DNA from: Octopus vulgaris | Taxonomy: Eukaryota | DNA: 64,000 nucleotides | NCBI GenBank assembly: GCA_951406725.2 | Contig: OX597816.1 | Location: 79,546,001 to 79,610,000, forward strand | Reading direction: 5' to 3' | In this document: piece by piece, positions 11,036 through 21,716 of the stretch | Position numbering within the stretch: position 1 is the first letter of the stretch | Layout: each line of letters begins with the position of its first letter | Made by a program: the position numbers and the translations under genes | Notes under the pieces: model-generated | Database searches by the model: none | What the model saw: the letters and a program-made list of their open reading frames with translations, nothing else | Told to the model about the DNA's origin: nothing

Positions 11036-14000
11036 GTAAGTTATGTATCTTACATTTTGCTGTAAAGTATCATACCAAACGAAACACCGCCTACTGGACA
11101 ATTATCTTGTTTATGTAATATCAATTTTATAATGAAGCTAATGTCAGTATGATTATATATATAATCAAAGTATTAGCAGTCTCTTACCTCATACTACACC
11201 CTTCTTACGTATTTCATATCTCATACTGCTTCTTACACCAGCCATCCCTCTGAAGTAATGAACAGACATAGCTCACACCTCTCAACGTTTCTTACATCAC
11301 TGATCTTGAAGAAATGAGATCGAAAGTGTAAGAAAGAGGGAGTGAGATAGTTAGATGGGATGGGAAAGGAGGGTAAAATAGATTTTGGGTAAATTTTTAG
11401 ACTAACATATGCACGATTTTCATTAAGTAGCCTGACCGGATCTTTTTGGTTTGAAAGGCAGTTTTTAACATAATTTCTAGGTAACTAAAACAATTTAAAC
11501 TTCGTATACTGGTAGAATGTGTCAAAATAAAACCTCTTGGCTTTCTTGAGAAAATTGTAATTTGTTTGTTTAACGTAGTTTAATTTTTCGAATTTTAACC
11601 AATCCTATGCTCTCTTTTGAGCTAAAATCATTTGCTGCGTTTAAAACTGAGACAACATCCTGTAACTAACCCTAAACCTCCCCCCCCCTAACCCTAAATT
11701 TTTTTTTCTCAATTGTTAAATTAATTTAATTGTTGCGCGTGTAAAAAAATCTAAAGCAATGGAATTAAATTAATTTAACAATTAAGAAAAAAATATTTAG
11801 GGTTAGGGTTAGGGGGGAGGTTTAGGGTTAGTTACAGGATGTTGTCTCAGTTTTAGACACAACAAATGATTTTAGTTGAATGGTGGTAATCGATTGGTTA
11901 AAATTGCCGAAATGCTCAGATTTTCAGACAAAATATCTTACAAACTATATAGAATTTTCTCAATAAAACCAAGAGAAAATGATGTTTTATAAACACATTC
12001 TACCAGTATTCAAAGTTTAAAAGTGTTTAGTTAACTAGAAATTGTGTTGACATCTGCCGTTCAAAAGGAAAAGATCCAAACATCATTTTCTCTTGGCTTT
12101 CTTGAAGTTTAAAATTTTTTAGTTACCTAGAAATTATGTTAAAAACTGCCGTTCAAACTGAAGAGATCCCCCTAACCTCCTAATATGCTGAAAATCCCAC
12201 ATTTTGGTTTGAAAAAAAAGGGGGTGGGCGAGGAGGAACCCCTGCCCCATCCTGGAATCATTTGCAGCATGTACTGCTGCAAAGAGTACTTGATTCCACA
12301 TAAAAAATATGAGTTTTTTTTTTTTTTCTGAGTGAAAATCGTGTGGGAGTTAATCTAAAAATTTACTGATTTTTATTTTGTTTATTTTTAGCCAGGGTTG
12401 CCAATTTAGTGCTTTTTGAACTAGATTTAGAGATTCTTCTTTACTATCTTCAGTACGAAAATCTATTGAGTTACACATCTGCGTAAAGTTAGAGCTGTTT
12501 TATGATTTAGTGCTAAGTTAATGCCTTTTTATTACATGGAAAAATTTGAGCATGAAAAGTAATGTTCTTAAGATTATAAACCTGGAAAAATACAGGACAA
12601 GTTATTACACCTGTAAAAGTATAGGACAAGCAATTAGTTCTAGTAAAGTAAAGAATAATAAACTTTTTACTTAAAATATTGCAGCAAAGAATGCCAGTTC
12701 TTCTAATTTATCCCTCTTTACAGTTCTCATTTTTAAAATATAAAGTAATTGAGGTAATCAGAGTATGTGACAGAATACTTAAGATTAGATTAGTGCTTCA
12801 TCATAGTTTAGCAACCATTATATCAGCCTATGCTCCTCAGTCGGGGCTACCCGATGGACAGAAAGACCGATTCTATGACACTCTACTGCAGACTACCTCG
12901 TTGACGAACGACAGAGACCTTATCTTTGTGGCTGGTGACTTCAATGGTCACGTTGGACGACATGCTGGGGACTTCCATGGCGTACATGGAGGCTATGGCT
13001 ATGGCTCCCGCAACGAGGAGGGAACCAGGCTGCTGGAGTTCTGCGATGCAAATAATCTTATGATTTGCAACACTAACTTCAGGAAACCTACCAGCCACCT
13101 AGTCACTTACCAATCGGGCCAACATACCAGCCAAATTGACTACATCCTTACAAGGCAAAGGGAGAGATGGCTGCTTATAAATGCCAAAACCTTCCCAGGT
13201 GAAGAATGTACCCCACAACATAGACTGGTAGTTAGTGACTTTAGGATCAGGACTAGGAGGACAACCAGAAGACGACAAATATGGAGAAGAAGGATCTGGA
13301 AGCTTAAAGATCCTGCAAATGGACAGAGATTTAGGGACATATTACTTGAAGCCTCTGACGAAGTAGAAGGGGATAGAGCATCACAGGGGGTAGAAGACAG
13401 CTGGACGTTTCTAAGGGACAACCTGCTGAGAGCCACTGACCAGATCTGTGGCTGGTGCAAAGTCCCCTCTCGACCTAGAATAACGTGGTGGTGGAACAAT
13501 ATTGTAGACAGGGCTATTAGAGAAAAGAGACAGGCTTGGAAGGTCTGGAAAAATGGGGGTAGCAGGGGATTGTATCAGACTGCCAAAAGAGAAGCTAGGA
13601 GACAGGTTTATTTAGCCAGAGGGGAAGCAGATAAGAAAAAATTTGCCAATATTCTGCGCCGTGAGGACCAAAGACTGGAGGTGTTTCGTGTTGCAAGACA
13701 GTGTGTGAGAGAGAATCGTGATGTGGTAGGAGAGAAGTGTGTTCGCATGGAAGATGGTTCACTTGCGCTAAATGAGGATGCAAAGAGAGAGGTTTGGAGA
13801 TGCCACTATGAAAGGTTGCTGAATGAAGAAAATGAATGGGATAAAGAGAGTCTGCCGAATGTTGACCCAACAGAGGGACCAGCTATCCGAGTTGATAGTT
13901 CCGTGGTAGCTAAGGCAATTAGAAGCATGAAGACAGGGAAAGCCCCAGGCCCATCAGGAATCACTGCAGAGATGCTCAAAATGTCTGGTAGTGTCGGCTA

Positions 14001-17000
14001 TAGCCTAGTCACCCGTATAGTTAATCAGGTGATACACAAAGGGGTCATACCCAATGACTGGTGTAGCAGTATAATAGTCAACTGCTACAAAGGTAAAGGT
14101 GATGCCCTAGATACAAATAACTACAGAGGTATCAAGCTGTTGGACCAGGTGATGAAGGTTACGGAGAGGGTCATAGCCCAACTAATTAGAGAGAGAGTTA
14201 GTTTAGATGAGATGCAGTTTGGGTTTGTGCCAGGGAAAAGTACTACTGATGCTATATTCCTGGTAAGGCAGCTGCAGGAGAAATACCTAGCCAAAGATAA
14301 GCCCCTGTACCTGGCTTTTGTTGACATGGAGAAAGCCTTCGACAGGGTCCCCCGATCCCTTATCTGGTGGGCAATGAGGAAACTAGGGATAGATGAATGG
14401 TTAGTGAGAGCTGTGCGGGCCATGTACAGGGACGCCGCTAGTAGGGTGAGGGTTGGAAATGTGTACAGTGAAGAATTCCGGGTAGAGGTAGGAGTCCACC
14501 AAGGCTCAGTACTCAGCCCCCTCCTATTTATCATAGTCCTCCAGGCAATAACGGAGGAATTCAAGACAGGATGCCCTTGGGAGCTCCTCTATGCTGATGA
14601 CCTTGCTCTAATTGCTGAGTCGCTATCAGAACTGGAGGAGAAGTTTCAGGTGTGGAAGCAAGGATTAGAATCGAAGGGCCTCAGAGTCAATCTAGCTAAA
14701 ACCAAAGTCGTAATCAGTAGGAAGGTAGACAAATTACAAACACCTTCAGGTAGATGGCCCTGCTCGATCTGTAGAAAAGGTGTAGGTAGAAACTCTATAA
14801 GATGCACCAAGTGTAAGCTATGGACACATAAGAGATGCAGCAATGTCAAAGGAAGGCTAACTAGGAAGATGGTTTTTGTATGTGGCAGATGCTCAGGAAC
14901 AATAAACACTGAAAATGCTCTGAGACCAACTTCCGTCACTTTCCAGGGAGAAAAACTAGAAATAGTTGATAGTTTCCGTTACCTAGGTGACCAAGTCAGC
15001 AGCGGGGGCGGGTGTGCTGAAAGTGTAACTGCTAGAGTAAGAATAGCTTGGGCAAAGTTCAGAGAGCTCTTACCTCTACTGGTGACAAAAGGCCTCTCGC
15101 ACAGAGTGAAAGGCAGACTGTATGATGCGTGTGTACGAACAGCCATGCTACATGGCAGTGAAACATGGGCTGTGACTGCTGAGGATATGCGTAAGCTCGC
15201 TAGAAATGAAGCCAGTATGCTCCGATGGACGTGTAATGCCGGTACTCACACTCGGCAGAGTGTAAGTACCTTGAGAGAAAAGCTGGACCTAAGAAGCATC
15301 AGTTGTGGTGTGCAAGAGAGACGTTTGCGCTGGTATGGTCATGTGGCGAGAATGGATGAAGATAGTTGTGTGAAAAAGTGCCACACCCTAGCGGTTGAGG
15401 GAACCTGTGGAAGAGGCAGACCCAGGAAAACCTGGGACGAGGTGGTGAAGCACGACCTTCGAACTTTAGGTCTCACTGAGGAAATGACTAGAGACCGAGA
15501 CCTCTGGAAGTGTGCTGTGCGCGAGAAGACCCGGCAGGACAAGTGAGTCCATAACCCGTGGCCTTCTACATGGGATGGAGCCAGCCTACGTATGCATACC
15601 TTCCCTTCTTGGGACACAAAACTCTACTTGTGAAGACGTGATGAGGCAAGTGAGGATCAGAATCGAAATCGATCAATGGAAATTGCGGATGTGCTACCAG
15701 TGCCGGTGGCATGTCAAAACTCTGCTTGTGAAGACCCGTTGAGGCAAGTGACGATCAGAATGGAAATCGATCAATGGAAATTGCAGATGTGTTACCAGTG
15801 CCGGTGGCATGTAAGAGAACTTTCCGTTTCGCGACCGTTGCCAGCACCGCCCCGTTTCGTGTCCGTTGCCAGCCTCGCCTGGCCCTCGTGCTGGTGGCAC
15901 ATAAAAAGCACCATCCGTTCGTGGCCGTTTGCCAGCTCTGTCTGGCACCAGTGCGGGTGGCACGTAAAAAGCACCCACTACACTCACGGAGTGGTTGGCG
16001 TTAGGAAGGGCATCCAGCCGTAGAAACACTGCCAGATTTGACTGGGCCTGATGAAGCCTTCTGGCTTCACGACCCCAGTAGAACCGTCCAACCCATGCTA
16101 GCATGGAAAACGGACGCTAAACGATGATGATGATGAGTTCAGCTAATTTGTAAGTTTGTCTAATTAGTCACTTTTTTGTGTATTTATGGTAGTAAATTAG
16201 CCAAATTCTACTTACATAAGTATAGTGTTATTTGCAAACTATAATAAAATAATTTTTAATATTTAAATTTTCCAGGTGTAATAACTTGTCCTGTACTTTT
16301 CTAGGTTGATAATCTTAAGAATATTATATTTCATGCTTGCATTTTTCTATGTAATCCATGATTTTTCCAGGCATTGCTATTATAAGATAATTAATAATGT
16401 GTCAATAATTCAAGATTTTACCTTATAAAATACTAAAAGATAATATTTTAATTTTCCATGTAAGTGATGATAATATTTAAATTTTTTCATACTTTTTACT
16501 CTTTTACTCTTTTGCTAGTTTCAGTCATTTGACTGCGGTCATGCTGGGCACCGCCTCTGGTTGAGCAAATCGACCCCAGGACTTAATCTTTGTAAGCCTA
16601 GTACTTATTCTATTGGTCTCTTTTGCCGAACCGCTAAATTACGGGGATGTAAACACACCAACATCGGTTGTCAAGCGATGTTGGGAGGACAAACACAGAC
16701 ACCAAAACATATACACACACACATGCACACACATATATATATATGACGGGCTTCTTTCAGTTTCCGTCTACCAAATCCACGAGGCATTGGTTGGCCAGAG
16801 GCTATAATACTTTTTCTTTCTTTCTTTCCTTGCTACAGGTACACATTGGATATGGGAAGTAACTAGTATGATTGTCAGAGGGAAAGCCGAGAGGATTCCA
16901 AATGTTAAAGAAGAGTACATGCTGGATTTTATAGAATTTGAAAAATTTGAATCATTAGAATCTCCACGAGTGTTGAATTCCCATTTTCATCCAAGTTTTC

Positions 17001-20000
17001 TTCCTGAAAAGTTATTGAAGGACAATAAAATCATCTTTGTTGCACGTAATCCTAAGGCAGTAGCTGTCTCCTACTACAGACACACTCTCGGCATAACAGA
17101 AACTCACTACAATGGAAATTTCCCTAGCTTTTTTGAGATGTTTATGAAAGGCGATGGTAAATACAAGTTCTCTTTTTTACTAAGTAGAAATTTAGCTTTC
17201 CAAACCCTACCTTTCCAAACCAGAAAGTTTCAATATAGTATTATTGCTGTTTGACCCTCGACCAACTATGATCATAGCTTTAACTTTGTGACATCCTGGC
17301 TTTTTCAATTTTATTTTTTAAACAGTAAAGTGTTAATTGACGGTGACTTGGCTGCTATTTGAAAAGGGCAGTGAGAAAATAGTGTTGTTGCTGTTTTAAT
17401 TATCAAACATAAAGTTCAAAGAATCATTTTAATGATATTGTTGTCCTACCTTAATTGTGACATTTATCTGGCAATGAAACAATTTGTAAGGAGAGTGAAG
17501 CATGCCTCGAAATATTTAATTTCTAATCATTTAGTTAATGAAAAGAAGCAGTACGGGATCCCATAGACAGGTAATATTAATGCAGTTGATATCCATACAG
17601 AATACCTGCAGGGAAAACATGCAGTGAAAGGGATCCAGATGTCTGGTCTGAATGCTTGCAGAAATATGAACTCCATTGAAGACACTCAAAGTTCACATAG
17701 TTGGATAAAGCCAGGTGGAATTTAAAGACAAGCGCAAGGAAAATTTCAATATACATTAGCTAATGAAAGAAGTTAATACAATACTTCAAATGATCATTTC
17801 TTCAAAATGCGTCATATCCGTACCAGTTTCTAATAAGCACCAATTTCTTAGTTTTGAGTCCAAATTCTGTCATGACTGATTTGTCTTACATCTCTCTAAG
17901 CTCGGTATAATGAGCATGTTTCATAGTATTTCATCTAATGACATTATGTAGTAAGATGGTGTAACATTTACATTAAATCAAATTCTATACTTTCATCTGA
18001 CAGATGAAAGTAGCCAGCAATGATTAGAGAGGGTGTCAAACATGATATTTACAGGAGTGCCCATCTCTGTTAAAAAGAAAAAATATCGAATTGTCACAAA
18101 TACAATATTCTGTACTAGTAACTGTTATAGTTGTGTATACTTATAGTATGTGTGCAAAAAAGTAAGCTTTGTGATACACATGTCAATGGAAGAGGCCTTC
18201 TGCATTGATTGAGTTTGTAATAGCCAATGGCACATTTATATTTTTTTTGTATGTTACTAGGGACGAGGACTGACTTGGTTATCCCTGCCAGTAAATGTAA
18301 AACGTATTTTCTATTTCATTTTGCAGTTCCTACAGGTGATTATTTTAAATACACAAAACAGTGGTGGCCAGTAATAAAAGACAAGCCGAATGCTCTGATA
18401 GTAACATATGAAGACGCTTCAGAGGTAAATATGTTATACACATGCGCACATATATCCATAGGTACATACATACATACATGTATATATACATACATACATG
18501 TATACTTACATACATGTATACATACATGTATACATACATGCATGCATACATACATACATACATACACACACACATATATATCTATATATATAAAACTCAA
18601 CTTGTGTGTCTGTGTGTTTAACTTCCCGGCACATCTCCTCCTAACCAACAAATCGTAGAATCACCAAAAATGGGTCACTTAAAGTTTAGGCGAATGAAAA
18701 TTGAACTGCGCTATTTCTGTTCCGAAATTCATGTCGCAAGTGCAAAAATCGATAATGTATTTGTTTAAGCCTTATCCCATGCATTGAATAGTGAACTTTA
18801 CTCAGTCAGCTGTTTGACGTGAACTGTGTTCATCACGTGTGCAAGCATGCGTAAATTGCATGAAAAATAAAAATCAAGATATAAAAACGAATCGCTGTAA
18901 ACATTGTAGAAATTTGGCAAAGAAATGAATTTTCAGGATGATATAGCCTGGAGGGTTTTTTCGTATTAATCGTTTGGACTTTGTGAACACATACCAATTG
19001 TTTTCATAAGATTTTTAACGCTTTGAATTAAATGTGACCATTTTGCGTTGAGTCTGCAGTTTGAATTACTTTAACCAAATTTTAGCAGGCTGGATTTTTG
19101 ATCATCACGATACATCGCCAGCGACTCCCTCAAACTCTCCCCTGAAATCCCTGTTGAGAAATCTATATATATAAAACTCAACTTGTGTGTCTGTGTGTTT
19201 AACTTTTGGATCTACCAAGTTTCATTATTAAGGATGGGAAATAGTGTGTAGCAAATCTATATATATAACGCTGAAGTTGTCTGTGTGTGGCAGGTTTGGT
19301 AGCCTTCAACTAACACTATCTCCTTCGAGACCCTGCAGCGCAAGTTGACCAAAATTGAGAGTAGGATAGAAGAAGGCTTGCTCTTCATTCTGTAGAAGAA
19401 AAAATTCAAAATCGGACCATGTTAACACCAAAAATTATTTACATCAAAAAGGTGCTTTTTTTTCTATGAAAATCCCTATTTTTTACGATTTTTGACTGCT
19501 GTGTCACCATTTTTCGGTGTATTTCAACTGGAAAAATGTTCACTTGAAGAGAATAACAAGTTGCGTAATGCCAAATTTTTACTTTTCAAAAATTCCAATT
19601 CTAAAGAGTCGAAACAAACCCAAGCAACACCAGATGATACTGCTAGTATATATATATATATATATATATATATTCATTGATATATACATCATCATCATCA
19701 TCATCGTTTAACGTCCGCTTTCCATGCTAGCATGGGTTGGACGATTTTGACTGAGGGCTGGCGAGCCAGATAGCTGCAACAGGCTCCAATCTTGATTTGG
19801 CAGAGTTTCTACAGCTGGATGCTCTTCCTAACGCCAACCACTCCGAGAGTGTAGTGGGTGCTTTTACGTACCACCGGCACAAGGGCCAGTCAGGTGGTAC
19901 TGGCAATGACCTCACTTGAATCTTTTTACACATGCCAGTGAAGTGACATTGGTAACGATCACGCTCGAATGGTGCCCTTGTACGTGCCACGGGTACGGAA

Positions 20001-21682
20001 GCCAATACATAAAAAAATTTGTTGAGAGGTGGGACAAATACAGGTATGGCTAAATTTTAAAAATCAAGAAAATTAACTGTAAGGGCAGAGAAATAGTAAA
20101 TGGTACATAGATACACACACATCTATAAATATATATTTCTTTCTTATCCTTATAATTTTTATACTTTTCTTATATTGTCGTATTAACCACCTATTAGTAT
20201 CTTAATTTTACTGCTTTAACTATTTTCTGTAAATTATCTCCTATATATCTGACATATTATTTACATAAACATTCTGTTATAAAGTTTATATACCACTAAC
20301 CATTTATGAGGGCTCTTAAACATTTTTCTAATTTATAAAGAGGCTGAAATGATTATTAAAAGTCAAATATAAATTTCAGTTTCCTGTATTTAAAAATTCC
20401 GCCCTCCCTTATTTGTTTTTTTCAACCCCATTTGCTTCTTACTTCTTATATGAAGTTTTAAACTAGCTCATTTACACTAATCTGTAGAGAAAAAGTTACC
20501 TGTATTTCTATGTTATATATATATATCATCACCATATATATATATCGAACAATTGCACATTAAAAAGTAGTTAGAACCCAATACCCATGTAATTCTGAAG
20601 TCCACATTTTTCTTTATTAAGTTCTTATTTTTCTTATTGTGTTACTGATGAGTGCTCTTTGACAACTCAAATTCTTAAAATGAATTTATTGTCTCTGTAT
20701 GAGATGATCATCAGGCAAATTGAATGGATATTTTATCCGAAATTTACATCTAATGTCCTCCATTTATGAAAAATATGATTGAATTTGTCTAAGTTCATTC
20801 TATAACTTAAATCATATACTTAGTATATATATACCGTAAATCCTCGAGTATAGTCCGCCCTTGAGTATAATACACAGGGGAATTTTAGGGGGTTGTACCT
20901 CTGAAAAACCTAAACCTTGTGTATAATACGCACCCCTTCTCCAACTTGAGTCCTCGGTTTGTAAAAATGTATACGGTAACGTCCTTTATTATTATTGTAT
21001 ATATAACATAATGCAAACGTGTAGCTCTTTTGTGCATTTTGTTTGCATAAAATAAAGAAATAACAGTAATAACTGTAATAACGTTTAATAAATGTTGTTT
21101 ACTGCAAGTTATAGATGATCCTTTTATGACTTCTTTGCTTTCAGGCTTAGCTTAAGGTATTTTCCTGCCTGACTTCATAAAATGTATCTGAATAAGCATA
21201 GCCAGACAGCAAATGGAGACTCGGACATTGCTTAGAAAATAATTTTCATTTTTAACCTCATATATAGTACGCATTAAAGATTTTGACCTTTAAATTTTGG
21301 GAAAAAATTGGGGATTATACTTGAGGATTTACAGTATATACACACACACACATATATACACAGACACACAATTGAAAAATGGGATAAAATCTATATAAGA
21401 ATTTATCAAGTAGTTAGCATGAAAACTCTCATAAGGGAAAAATCCATCAATTTTTCCTCTTTAATATATTTATTTATATTGAGGGCATTACTATACATAA
21501 ATGCCACATGCTATTTGTGCACTAATTATGAAATGATATGATATGCAACTGAATTCTGTTTTTAAAATGCTTGCTTCAAGAGTTGCATTCCCTCGTATTC
21601 AGTACAATGTGTTTATATATTTTGGTAGTTTTGACTTTAAGAGTCCCTCCTAGAGTGTGGCATTTATGTATAGTAATGCCCT

Positions 21683-21716
<34 letters not shown>

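Larger units (their letters stand above)
12531..16355. mobile_element. MITE (~83 bp TIRs) split by the RTE LINE insertion
   Basis: 12531-12613 (attacatggaaaaa...acaggacaagttattacacctg) is an inverted match to 16273-16355. Confidence 0.7.

Noticed and set aside
15512-16104. Recurrent ORFs containing LDALPNANHS / GAFYVPPA
   Set aside because: They are alternative-frame translations of the non-coding LINE tail; they recur because of repeat copy number.
17550-17720. Possible Tc1 transposase remnant (NMNSIED resembling DLNPIEN)
   Set aside because: Too degenerate, and no TIRs were identified.
20645-20745. CTGATGAG...CGAAA possible hammerhead or C/D snoRNA (similar weak cases at ~22985-23020, ~34028-34070, ~36583-36699)
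   Set aside because: I could not build convincing helices I and II or a terminal stem by eye; an Infernal search would be needed.
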